Shown piece after piece: positions 16,908 through 26,169 of a DNA stretch of 64,000 bases. Both the position numbers and the translations under genes were made by a program. Below the pieces are notes generated by a model. The model searched no databases. It was not told the origin of the DNA and saw only the letters and a list, made by a program, of their open reading frames with translations. Source of the DNA: Candidatus Omnitrophota bacterium (GTDB taxonomy: Bacteria > Omnitrophota > Gorgyraeia > Gygaellales > Profunditerraquicolaceae); assembly GCA_026416665.1 (NCBI GenBank), contig JAOAET010000014.1:557-64556 (forward strand), written 5' to 3'. Position 1 is the stretch's first letter. Every line of letters starts with the position of its first letter.

Positions 16908-17366
16908 CTATTGTTCTGGAAAAGTTAAATAAAAACTCTGACTGCCTTTGCGCAAAAGCACTTTATCAGGTAATATCTCAACAACCTCATAACCACTAAT
17001 TATATCACCCACCTTAACAATCTCGTTACTAACAAAAGCAAATCCTACTTTATCTTTCCGCATTGAAATACCCTGAAGACGTAAGGCGGAAGCTTGTCCT
17101 GCCTTGTATGGGTCAGCAGAAAAAGGGTCCCTTCCCCAAGGTTTTTGGGCATTTTTTCTTTGCTCCTCAAGAACTGCTGCTTCCACCTCTTCAACTTTAT
17201 TATTTGCTTGAAAAAAACTATTTCCTGAAGAAGCTTCTTGCAACTGCGAAACCGTAGCCTGAGTTTTCCTCTTCTTATTTTTAAAAGAAAGGTTATGCCA
17301 AAACAAAAAAAACATCAACGGAATTCCTAAGATAATAATTATTATTTGAATCTTCTGTTTATCCAT
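16908..17366 (-). CDS. PilP/GspC-like protein
   Basis: N-terminal TM. RDPF motif. C-terminal GFAFVSNEIVKVGDIISGYEVVEI beta domain. Confidence 0.6.
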   Translation of the reverse strand: MDKQKIQIIIIILGIPLMFFLFWHNLSFKNKKRKTQATVSQLQEASSGNSFFQANNKVEEVEAAVLEEQRKNAQKPWGRDPFSADPYKAGQASALRLQGISMRKDKVGFAFVSNEIVKVGDIISGYEVVEILPDKVLLRKGSQSFYLTFPEQ

Positions 17367-17372
17367 ATAATC

Positions 17373-17981
17373 TTAGCCAAAAATAGCGCTTAAAAGAATT
17401 GTTGTTTGTAAATTAACCCAACCAACGTTTGTCTCTTTTCCTTTTGATTCTGCTGTAGGTAACTGCTCTATTCTTACAATACTCAATGACTCTACTTGAA
17501 AAGGCACACTAAGAATTTTTAGTTCGTCTAAAAACTTGCCTATTTGCTGATAATTACTTTCAAATACCACTTCAATATAAACCTTTTCTACTCGTTGGGG
17601 TAATGGTCCCTGGTTTATATCTTCTCTGGGTTTAAGCAAAACTAGTTTTAGCTGTTGTTCATTGGCAAGACTATTGATAATCTGCATAAGTTTAGGAATT
17701 TGTTTTTTTACTGAACCTTGAGTTTGAAACTCCGCCACTTTTGCCCGCAAAGAATTGATAGCTTCTTGCGGATTAGGAACAAGTCTCACCAGTTCTTGAG
17801 CCTCTTGCACCAGACGCTGATTTTGTGAGAATTCTCTGCGAACCCGTTGGGAATAACGTTTAATTGGCCTTCCTACCAGAAAATGAACCAATAAAGTCAA
17901 TAGAAGAAATACGCTACTAAAGATTATTAACCCTTGTATTTTTCCAGAAGGAAGTTTCATCTTTAATATATAAGTTGACAA
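17373..17981 (-). CDS. PilO/GspM-like protein
   Basis: Single N-terminal TM plus coiled coil plus C-terminal domain. Position between the PilMN fusion and PilP. Confidence 0.5.
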   Translation of the reverse strand: MSTYILKMKLPSGKIQGLIIFSSVFLLLTLLVHFLVGRPIKRYSQRVRREFSQNQRLVQEAQELVRLVPNPQEAINSLRAKVAEFQTQGSVKKQIPKLMQIINSLANEQQLKLVLLKPREDINQGPLPQRVEKVYIEVVFESNYQQIGKFLDELKILSVPFQVESLSIVRIEQLPTAESKGKETNVGWVNLQTTILLSAIFG

Positions 17982-19756
17982 ATTGCCTTAAATGTCTTTG
18001 CCTCTACCGCTGAATACATATCCTTTTCTCCTGGCAAAATATCCACTTTTTTAAAGTAAGGAGATTCCTCAAGTGCAAGTTGAAACTGAGAAAGCTCCAA
18101 ATCTACCATACTGTACTTTGCAAATATTTTACCATAGAGATGCAATTCTTTTTTACCTTGTTCTGTGACAAAAATTATTTTATCAAGCGTCACATGAGCT
18201 GGAACAATATTGCTTAATTCTTTAAGGAGCCCTAACCAATAAGGCTGCCTTGGCTTAAGACTATCTAAGAACCGCTGTCTTTCTTCAATTTTTGTTTTCA
18301 AAGATAGGTATTCCTTAACCAAAGCTGTGGTTTGTTGTAATTGACTTAATTCTTGTTCCAAATGCTGATTAAAACGTGCATACTTCTTGGCTGTAGCAAA
18401 CAAAAGAAGATAGAAAGAAAAAGTAACAATAAGTAGCAGAGGCATAGCCAAACGAAGCGCCATAGATAACACCAAGGCCTTCTGTTCCACTCTTTCTTTA
18501 ACCGGTAACAGATTGACTCTGCCACCGGTGCCTAAACATACAGAAAATGCTGCTGCCAGATGTGGCATTGCTTGTTCCATCATCAATTCTTGTTTTAAAA
18601 GACCTGCCTCGGTCCAACCTTTAAGTCTACCCAGTATATTTAGAGGTTCTACTTTTTGAATTCCCTCTAAATTAAATAGAAGAAACTTATCTAAATTTTT
18701 CAAACGAGACCCGCCCCCCGTAAGATACAATTCATCGCTTAACTCTGCTCTAAAAGTCTTAGTATAGTAGGAGAATGTCCGATTAAGCTCCATTACAAAA
18801 CGCTCTAATGTTGGACGCAACAATGCACTCAGTTGTTCACCGCGCAGCCGACCTAAGTCAGTCAGATATTCTACCTTTGCTTCATCTTGTAGAGGTAAAC
18901 CACAGTTCCTCTTTATTTTTTCTGCATCCTCAAGGCTAATTGTTAATGTGCCTTCAGGTAAGTTAAGAGTTTTAGATAAAGCGTGAGTGAAGTGGTCTCC
19001 TCCAATAGGAATTTCACGACAAAAGACAAGATTTCTCCCTTTATAAAAATTTAGTAAAGAGGTACCGGCTCCTATCTCAAGAAGTAGCTGTGTCTTTTTT
19101 GAAGGGCTATCAAAACAAAAAGGAATAAGGTTGCCTAAGGCATCTGGCAAAACGCAAATAGCAACAGGCCGAATACCCGCATCCTTTAGTAATTGGATTC
19201 CTTCTTCAACAAGTGCCTTTAATGCAGCCACACAGGTAACTTGCAAGGTAATTCCTTTTTCGTCTTCAGTCTGCCCAGTAATAAAAAAATCAAAAGTTAC
19301 TGCAGAAAGCTCTGTTTGAAAAGGTAGGCGTTTTTTTAATTCAATACCTACTGCCCCCCGTAAATCTTTTTTACTGACATTAGGCACAGTAAGAGAAAAA
19401 ACAAAAACTCCTTTTCCATAAATCACCAGCCTGCCTAAACAGGAGTTGGTGTGGATTTCACTGACGAATTCCTTTACAAATTGTTGTACTAATTTCTTTT
19501 TTTCTTGAGGATTCTCTCTTACTGCCTGAGGAAGAGCGCGAGTAATACATTTATTAATCTGATAACGATGCCTTTTCTTTTGCAGTTGTACAAGTTTAAT
19601 ATACCCTGAACCAATATCAATTCCAATAATATCTTCTGATGAGATAATAAAATTTCCCAAGGCATTAACAAAGGCGTTAAATCTCTCATTAATAATCTCA
19701 AAGCCGGCCCAGCTTTTAGAGTTTTTCTGTTGGTTTTGGCTAGTACTTCCTTCCAT
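17963..19756 (-). CDS. PilM–PilN fusion (GspL-like architecture)
   Basis: N-terminal actin-like PilM (IGIDIGSGYIKLVQL). After ~residue 420, a TM helix plus coiled coil typical of PilN (LLPVKERVEQKALVLSMALRLAMPLLLIVTF...). Confidence 0.7.
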   Translation of the reverse strand: MEGSTSQNQQKNSKSWAGFEIINERFNAFVNALGNFIISSEDIIGIDIGSGYIKLVQLQKKRHRYQINKCITRALPQAVRENPQEKKKLVQQFVKEFVSEIHTNSCLGRLVIYGKGVFVFSLTVPNVSKKDLRGAVGIELKKRLPFQTELSAVTFDFFITGQTEDEKGITLQVTCVAALKALVEEGIQLLKDAGIRPVAICVLPDALGNLIPFCFDSPSKKTQLLLEIGAGTSLLNFYKGRNLVFCREIPIGGDHFTHALSKTLNLPEGTLTISLEDAEKIKRNCGLPLQDEAKVEYLTDLGRLRGEQLSALLRPTLERFVMELNRTFSYYTKTFRAELSDELYLTGGGSRLKNLDKFLLFNLEGIQKVEPLNILGRLKGWTEAGLLKQELMMEQAMPHLAAAFSVCLGTGGRVNLLPVKERVEQKALVLSMALRLAMPLLLIVTFSFYLLLFATAKKYARFNQHLEQELSQLQQTTALVKEYLSLKTKIEERQRFLDSLKPRQPYWLGLLKELSNIVPAHVTLDKIIFVTEQGKKELHLYGKIFAKYSMVDLELSQFQLALEESPYFKKVDILPGEKDMYSAVEAKTFKAICQLIY

Positions 19757-19757
19757 T

Positions 19758-20090
19758 TTATCTATGGCTTGCCCTTACTTTCACAATGGCTAACTCCTCT
19801 AAAATCTTTTTTTGATTTTCTAAAACTTGGTTTATCTTGCTAGTTAGCTCTTTGTTACTTTTTTGAATATTATCACTAATAAGCTCTAATTTTTTCATTA
19901 AAGCAAGGTATTCTGGATTCTGGGAAATAAGTGTTTCCTGACCGGTCTTTTCAGCATAAAGAAAAATACACCAACTAAACACACCAATTAATCCACCAAC
20001 AAGAATATAGATAAAAAAATTTCTTCCCATAATCGCCTCCGGATAATCATTTTTACTGCTCTTGCCAAAAGAGTACCTGGTTACCCTCAT
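19758..20090 (-). CDS. small membrane/coiled-coil protein. True start is probably the internal Met (MGRNFFIYIL...)
   Basis: Hydrophobic helix followed by a coiled coil. The annotated 5' end overlaps the upstream gene by 38 nt. Confidence 0.35.
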   Translation of the reverse strand: MRVTRYSFGKSSKNDYPEAIMGRNFFIYILVGGLIGVFSWCIFLYAEKTGQETLISQNPEYLALMKKLELISDNIQKSNKELTSKINQVLENQKKILEELAIVKVRASHR

Positions 20091-21135
20091 CTCCTGGATT
20101 AGCCCCTGGTAAAACTACAGAGTTGACTGCTGGGTCAAAACGTATTTGAGCATTACCCCCTAATGTCACACTTCCCCCAATAAATTCACCTGTATATTGA
20201 CCATTCCCCGTAATCCTAAGTGTTGCTTGTGGGGCGTAAATTACACCAAAGAATTGACCATTTCCTGCAAGAGTAATTGTGCCACGGTTATTAGCTGTTC
20301 CCCAAAAAACAAGATTTGCTACGTTATTAGGATTACCAATTACTCCGTTTCCACCAATAGTAAGATTTCCGTCAAAATAAAAATGTACTGGCTGGTTATT
20401 CCTAATATTTAAGTTTGCAATGCCCTCTGTAGTAAAAGAATTTGCTCCGGTTAGATAAATATTTGTAGGACCAAAAATATTCAGATTGCTGTTTCCTGCG
20501 ATACTAATAGATGTATATTTGTAATTACCCGCTGCTATAGTTACTGCCTGATTTCCTGTAACAGTTAATGTGCCTAAGTTTGGCAAGTTAAGAGGCGGAT
20601 CTGGCACTACCACTGCAGGTAAAGTATCCGGTGGGGCATTCTGTGTAATATTTCCAACTACAACTACATTATTTCCTATTGTCACTGAACCAGTAGAATA
20701 AATAACTGTTCCAGCACCAAAGGTAAATCCTGGTTGTCCTGAACGAACAGTTACAAATACCTGACGCAAGGCATGGTAGTTATTTCCCGAAGGCACATAT
20801 CCCCAAGAGGTAATATTAACTAGATTACCAGAGGTTTGTCGCCTTACCCTATATTCTCCTGCACCAAATGAACGATTTAACCACTTTGTATCGTTATCAA
20901 AAACTGTATCTCTCACTGCCAAGTGCATTATTGCTTCTTGAATACCTGCTTCGGCAATAAACAACGCCTGCTCTGACTCAATAGCTAATCTATTCATCTC
21001 AAAATTAGCCGAAAAAAGATTAGTCAATGTCCAACCTAAAATTGCAAGTATTAACATAGTAAAAATCACTACGATTAGACTTACTCCTCTTTGGTCAAGA
21101 TACCAATGTCTAAATTTTTTTAAAAGCTCTTTCAT
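20053..21135 (-). CDS. PilX/GspK-like minor pseudopilin with C-terminal beta-helix repeat domain
   Basis: PilX_N-like N-terminus (QRGVSLIVVIFTMLILAILG). C-terminal ~200 aa of G/N/T-rich ~20-residue repeats (TVTGNQAVTIAAGN..., LTIGGNGVIGNPNN..., RITGNGQYTGEFIGGSVTLGGNAQIRF). Confidence 0.6.
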   Translation of the reverse strand: MKELLKKFRHWYLDQRGVSLIVVIFTMLILAILGWTLTNLFSANFEMNRLAIESEQALFIAEAGIQEAIMHLAVRDTVFDNDTKWLNRSFGAGEYRVRRQTSGNLVNITSWGYVPSGNNYHALRQVFVTVRSGQPGFTFGAGTVIYSTGSVTIGNNVVVVGNITQNAPPDTLPAVVVPDPPLNLPNLGTLTVTGNQAVTIAAGNYKYTSISIAGNSNLNIFGPTNIYLTGANSFTTEGIANLNIRNNQPVHFYFDGNLTIGGNGVIGNPNNVANLVFWGTANNRGTITLAGNGQFFGVIYAPQATLRITGNGQYTGEFIGGSVTLGGNAQIRFDPAVNSVVLPGANPGDEGNQVLFWQEQ

Positions 21136-21626
21136 AAATTTCTTCCAAATACTTGGGTACGTAAGTTATAATCCTGATTACCATAACTTAGGTTTATCAT
21201 AATTTCAATACGCCTAATCTGGGTGCGGTTAGTAGCATCAACTGGGGCTGTTAATAACACATTGGTCTGGTTATAATATCGGAAAATAACTAACGCAGGT
21301 ACACTAAGTAAGCTTTGATTATTACGGAAAAGCTGAAAGTTCTGATTAGTGTAATTAATCGTCTCTATATAACTGGTATTAAACACCAACCTTTGGTTTT
21401 CTGCAATAAAGATGTTGCTTCTATTTTGTATCTGTCGAATTTCCCTTATCATTCTTAAAAGCGCAAATCGTGCTTGTACACCAATTTCATTACGAAAAGA
21501 TAAGAAATTCCACAGGTCAATAACTTCTCGTATATAGCCTGTAGCGACTGCCACAATAATGCCTACAGTAGCCATAATAATAACTAATTCAATAAGACTA
21601 AAAGCACGATAGTTAATCCGAATCAT
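21132..21626 (-). CDS. minor pseudopilin (GspJ/PilW-like), type IV prepilin N-terminus
   Basis: MIRINYRAFSLIELVIIMATVGII: prepilin-like leader with A at -1 and E at +5. Confidence 0.6.
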   Translation of the reverse strand: MIRINYRAFSLIELVIIMATVGIIVAVATGYIREVIDLWNFLSFRNEIGVQARFALLRMIREIRQIQNRSNIFIAENQRLVFNTSYIETINYTNQNFQLFRNNQSLLSVPALVIFRYYNQTNVLLTAPVDATNRTQIRRIEIMINLSYGNQDYNLRTQVFGRNL

Positions 21627-22168
21627 TGTCTATATCCAGCAACAATAGTGGTTAAAGTAACATTATCAGCAAAAGGTATGTTCCTGCGCGCAGAAACTGT
21701 GATACGTTTGTAGCAACAACTAGAACATAGAGTGCAATTTGTTATTGTACTTACACAGTTTAACTGTCCGCAACCTGTCCAGTTACCCGTAGAGCTTAAA
21801 TTTACATATTCCACATTAACAGTTCGGCTATAACCATTGGCTGGAGTAAGTATACGAATATCGGTTGTTCCTACAAAATCGTCTATATCGTCGTAGGTTG
21901 AGGCGTTTTCTATTGATTCTGTTGTTTCTCTACCCAATATTGAACTGAAAGGGGGGGTGGCATTCTCATCAAAACGTGTTGCCTTTATTTGCTCCAATAA
22001 CTCTGTCGCATAAAAAAGTGCATCTACCGTTGCCTCAGAACGGACTGATTGCCAAGCTACTGTTGCCCATAAAACTAAAAGGGTAGGTACAGCCAAACCC
22101 GCTACTACTAAAACCACAATTAATTCAACCAAGGTAATTCCATTGTTACAATATTTTTTCTTTTTCAT
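21623..22168 (-). CDS. minor pseudopilin (GspI/PilV-like)
   Basis: MKKKKYCNNGITLVELIVVLVVAGL: class III signal, G at -1 and E at +5. Confidence 0.7.
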   Translation of the reverse strand: MKKKKYCNNGITLVELIVVLVVAGLAVPTLLVLWATVAWQSVRSEATVDALFYATELLEQIKATRFDENATPPFSSILGRETTESIENASTYDDIDDFVGTTDIRILTPANGYSRTVNVEYVNLSSTGNWTGCGQLNCVSTITNCTLCSSCCYKRITVSARRNIPFADNVTLTTIVAGYRQ

Positions 22169-22800
22169 TCTAACTCAACTGTTCCTGTTCCAGATAAAAC
22201 TTTAACTCTTCTCTGATTATCTCTTAAAGCAAGACGCACTATTCCACCGTTAGAAGGACTTCCTTGCCAGTTAAATTGCAACTCTGAAAGCCCTCCGAAA
22301 TTTGCCTCTACAATGTCAATTCCTGCGTATTGAGGGTCGGTCTTATAATTCATTATTAACGGTGCTCGTGTAAAAGGGTCAGAGACCTCTTTCCATATTC
22401 CCGTGGTTTTATTAAGTTGCTCAGCAACATAATAATCCTGGCTAATATTAAAAATAATCCGTGTATTGGTATGCTGCGCTACCGCTAATTGTTGAATATA
22501 GCGAATATCTGCAATTAATTTGTTAGCCCCACCTGCCAGTCGTATCGTATTAAAACTGTCTATTCTGGGAATGGCTAAAGCTGAAAGAATACCAATTATT
22601 ACCATAACCATTATTAACTCAATAATAGTAAAACCTTCTTTTAATACACTCTGCTTTTCTTCTTTATTTTCATCTTTGCTATTCAAATAAACGTGACTTT
22701 GATGGGTAAAATAAGAAATTACCCATTTTTTATAATAAAGTAAGACCCCTTTAGAAATGTCTAATTTTCTGGTAACTTCTACCAAAAGAAAAAGGCCCAT
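22165..22800 (-). CDS. pseudopilin GspH/FimT-like, with an unusually long (55-aa) N-terminal extension before the prepilin motif. Start may be misassigned.
   Basis: KEGFTIIELIMVMVIIGILSALAIP prepilin motif. KLIADIRYIQQLAVAQHTNTRIIF resembles GspH/FimT. Confidence 0.65.
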   Translation of the reverse strand: MGLFLLVEVTRKLDISKGVLLYYKKWVISYFTHQSHVYLNSKDENKEEKQSVLKEGFTIIELIMVMVIIGILSALAIPRIDSFNTIRLAGGANKLIADIRYIQQLAVAQHTNTRIIFNISQDYYVAEQLNKTTGIWKEVSDPFTRAPLIMNYKTDPQYAGIDIVEANFGGLSELQFNWQGSPSNGGIVRLALRDNQRRVKVLSGTGTVELE

Positions 22801-22892
22801 AAAAATCTTCTGATATAACTTAATAATATTTGTATATATTTTAACATTTTTGTATAAGAAAACAAGAAATTTCTTTTCATAAATTATTTTTT
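22801..22892. promoter_or_regulatory. divergent AT-rich promoter region: pseudopilin operon (minus) and ComFB–CheR genes (plus)
   Basis: TATACT -10-like hexamer about 25 nt upstream, and AAGAGGG SD 7 nt upstream, of the ATG at 22893. Exact promoter elements not resolved. Confidence 0.3.
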
Positions 22893-24035
22893 TTGTTATA
22901 CTTTTTAATAAAAGAGGGTATTTTTATGGCTTCAAAATTAAGAAATATAATTGAGGATATTGCAAGAGACTATTTAAATAGTGCCCTTACTTTACGCTAT
23001 GACATCTGCACCTGTCCTGCCTGCAAAAACGATATGTTGGCATATATACTTTCTCGTGTCCCTGCTAAATATGTAACTACTGAAGAAGGAGCTTTACATA
23101 CAGTTATTCAACAAAGTCGTGTTGAGCATCAGGCAGTAATTGGACGGGTAATCATTGAGGCAATTGAGGTCATTAGTAAGAACCCACGCCATAAACTCAA
23201 GGAAGACAAAAATAAAGTTTTTTCGTTACTACTTGAAACTATTAAAGAAAACAGAGGCTTAGACTTTACACATTATCACCAGGAGCTTCTAAAACGCCGT
23301 ATTGCTATTAGGCTACGTGCAAATAGGATGGAAACCTATTCTGAATATCTAAGATATTTAATAAACAATCCTGAAGAATATGACAAACTCTTTGCCACAC
23401 TTTGTATTAATGTCTCAGAGTTTTTCCGTGACCCTGAAGTGTGGAAGAAAATAAGACAGATTTTAAAAAATATAGTGGAAGATAAAATAAAAAGTAGCAA
23501 TCCTTACATTTGCATCTGGTCAGCAGGCTGTGCTGATGGTGAAGAACCGTATTCCATTGCTATTCTACTTAAAGAAATTTTAAAAGACAAAACTTATAAC
23601 CTTCATATAGATATCTCTGGAACAGATGTAGATAAAAAAAGTTTAGCTTTTGCCCAAGAGGCAATCTACGAAAAAAACCTGATAAAAAATGTAGATAAAG
23701 AACTATTAGATAAATATTTTGAGCCACAAGATAACTGTTGGAGAGTAAAAAAAGAAATACGTTCAATGGTTAATTTCTATTATCTTGACTTAACTGGCCA
23801 AGAATATAAAAAAAATGTAGATGTTATATTTTGCAGAAATGTTTTTATCTATTTTGACCGTGGATTACAAGAACAAATTCTGATGAAATTTTATAATGCC
23901 CTTAGAAATGATGGATATTTAGTAATGGGTAAGTCTGAAACCCTTATCTCTGAAGCAAAACATATTTTTAGTGAGGTAGATTTAGATTGTCGAATATTTC
24001 GTAAAAAAGAAGTAAATTCAATTACTTCTCCTTAA
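22893..24035 (+). CDS. ComFB-like domain fused to CheR-type MCP methyltransferase (CheR_N + SAM-MTase)
   Basis: N-terminus RYDICTCPACKNDMLAYILSRVPAKY matches the ComFB Cys motif. CheR_N: LDFTHYHQELLKRRIAIRL...INVSEFFRD. MTase: ICIWSAGCADGEEPYSIAILL. Confidence 0.7.
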   Translation: MLYFLIKEGIFMASKLRNIIEDIARDYLNSALTLRYDICTCPACKNDMLAYILSRVPAKYVTTEEGALHTVIQQSRVEHQAVIGRVIIEAIEVISKNPRHKLKEDKNKVFSLLLETIKENRGLDFTHYHQELLKRRIAIRLRANRMETYSEYLRYLINNPEEYDKLFATLCINVSEFFRDPEVWKKIRQILKNIVEDKIKSSNPYICIWSAGCADGEEPYSIAILLKEILKDKTYNLHIDISGTDVDKKSLAFAQEAIYEKNLIKNVDKELLDKYFEPQDNCWRVKKEIRSMVNFYYLDLTGQEYKKNVDVIFCRNVFIYFDRGLQEQILMKFYNALRNDGYLVMGKSETLISEAKHIFSEVDLDCRIFRKKEVNSITSP

Positions 24036-24049
24036 GCAACAAACAAGAA

Positions 24050-25126
24050 ATGGACAACCAAAGTTTGCTATTAGTAAAAGAAGTAGCAAAAGAAGCCCTC
24101 AACCAATCCTTACAGACGCGTTTCGACATCTGCAGATGTGCTCTCTGTAAAGAAGCAATGCTTAAGCGTATAATGGAAGATTTAGCAAACTTAGCTTATC
24201 CTCTTTCTGAAAAAACAATTCAAGAAGTGCGAAAACTTTATATGGGCGATATTAACCGCGCTATTGTTCACGCTATTGGACAAGTAAGCTTTAAACCTCC
24301 GCATTCCGTTACAGAGAATCTACATCTTTCTTTTAAAAAACTTTTAGAGAAAATTCGCCAAGACCGCGGACTTGACCTACGCCACTATCATGCAGAGTTA
24401 CTAAAACGTAGGATTGCACTTAGACTCCATAAGAATAATCTGTCTTCTTACAAGGAATATATCAAGCTACTTGATAGAAAACCAGAAGAATATAATAAAT
24501 TATTTGAAACCCTCTGCATTAATGTTTCGGAATTTTTTCGCGACCCACCTGTCTGGGTCACCATCCAGTATCTATTTGAAAACCTTCTAAGACTAAAACA
24601 AAATAGTAAGGATAAGAATCTAAAAATATGGTCTTGTGGTTGTGCTTGTGGTGAAGAACCTTACTCATTAGCTATTGTCCTTAAAGAAGCTTTACGTAGT
24701 TATCCGACTAATATTAAAGGACACATTTTAGCTACTGATATAGATAAAGCTTGTTTAGAATGCGCACAAAAAGCTGCTTATCCTAAGGAACAACTCAAAA
24801 ATGTTGAAAATAAAATACTTGCACGATACTTTGAACCAAAAGGAAATCAATACGTTGTAAAAGAAGATACCCGACAGTTGGTAGAATTCCAATATCTAGA
24901 CCTAACTTGTCAGAGTTATCCTGAGCAAATAGATGTAATTGTATGCCGTAATGTATTTATTTACTTTGACCGTGTTCTACAAAATGAAATAATTAATAAG
25001 TTCTATAACTCTGTTAAAACAGGGGGTTATCTTATCTTAGGTAAAACAGAATTCCCTGAGATGAATAAAAGATTTGAAATAGTTGACCCCAATGCGCGGA
25101 TTTTTAGAAAGGTTAATCTTTCTTGA
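24050..25126 (+). CDS. second ComFB-like–CheR methyltransferase paralog
   Basis: RFDICRCALCKEAMLKRIM; LDLRHYHAELLKRRIALRL...INVSEFFRD; KIWSCGCACGEEPYSLAIVL. 14 nt downstream of the first copy. Confidence 0.7.
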   Translation: MDNQSLLLVKEVAKEALNQSLQTRFDICRCALCKEAMLKRIMEDLANLAYPLSEKTIQEVRKLYMGDINRAIVHAIGQVSFKPPHSVTENLHLSFKKLLEKIRQDRGLDLRHYHAELLKRRIALRLHKNNLSSYKEYIKLLDRKPEEYNKLFETLCINVSEFFRDPPVWVTIQYLFENLLRLKQNSKDKNLKIWSCGCACGEEPYSLAIVLKEALRSYPTNIKGHILATDIDKACLECAQKAAYPKEQLKNVENKILARYFEPKGNQYVVKEDTRQLVEFQYLDLTCQSYPEQIDVIVCRNVFIYFDRVLQNEIINKFYNSVKTGGYLILGKTEFPEMNKRFEIVDPNARIFRKVNLS

Positions 25127-26045
25127 TACCTTCTCTGTACGCTTTAGCCACTTCTTGCAAAGATTCATAAACTGAACCTATAGGTTTAACACCTAGTTGT
25201 TGTAATCTACTGGTATCATATACCCTATCCTTAAGAAACAGATTAACCCGCTTGCCAATAAAAGGTAATTTCGCCAACATCTTTGTTGCTGAAGTAGAAA
25301 GCAGAATAGGACAAGGGGCCTTTATACCTTCGGCTAATGCCTTAAAGATTTCTTTTGCAGTTAAGACCTCAAAATCTGCAACAAAAAAAGGCCGGTTTAC
25401 TATTTCTTTATTTTCTAATGTCTTTATTACTGTTTGACAGACGAGCTTAATGTCAACAAGATGCCATTTGTTTTTTCCTTTATTTGGCACAGGTAAGAGT
25501 CTAAATCTTAACAGAAATAATAATAGTTCTAAAAGATGCGGCTCTCCTACTCCATAAACCATCGCTGGTCTTAGAATGACTGTTGACAAACCATTTTGGG
25601 CATAAGACAGGACTATTTTTTCTGCCTCTATTTTAGAATAACCATAATTATTAGTTGCCCAGTAAGGTAATTCTTCTGTCAAAGGAATTTTATTATGTCC
25701 GCTTACTACAGCTACAGAGCTAATATGTAAAAATCGCTTAACATTAGCCTTTACAGCCCACCAACAAATGTTCTCTGTTCCTAAAACATTAGAGAGGTAT
25801 AATTTTTTTTTATCTTCTCCGACATAACCAGCGCTATGAACAATAACCTCGAAAAAATCGGGTAGAGCAAGAAGTGATTTTTTATCTGAAATATCTGCTT
25901 TTATTAGTTGGATTCCCAAGTGAGATAACCGCTGTGCCTTAAGTGGATTACGCACTAAACCATATACCTTATGCCCTTGACTTAATAAAGATTTTGCGAT
26001 TGCTTTTCCAATAAATCCTGTAGCACCTGTAACAAGTATCTTCAC
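25113..26045 (-). CDS. NAD-dependent epimerase/dehydratase (SDR family)
   Basis: MKILVTGATGFIGKAIAKSLL Rossmann motif. Confidence 0.75.
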   Translation of the reverse strand: MKILVTGATGFIGKAIAKSLLSQGHKVYGLVRNPLKAQRLSHLGIQLIKADISDKKSLLALPDFFEVIVHSAGYVGEDKKKLYLSNVLGTENICWWAVKANVKRFLHISSVAVVSGHNKIPLTEELPYWATNNYGYSKIEAEKIVLSYAQNGLSTVILRPAMVYGVGEPHLLELLLFLLRFRLLPVPNKGKNKWHLVDIKLVCQTVIKTLENKEIVNRPFFVADFEVLTAKEIFKALAEGIKAPCPILLSTSATKMLAKLPFIGKRVNLFLKDRVYDTSRLQQLGVKPIGSVYESLQEVAKAYREGIKKD

Positions 26046-26169
26046 TGTCTACTCTCCTAAAGATATAATTTTTTACATTCTTATATAATGTTATTTTATC
26101 TATTTTTCTGCACAGTAACCAGAGAATTTTTAATAAATAAAAAGTTGTCTTATACAAAAATTTAAAAAC

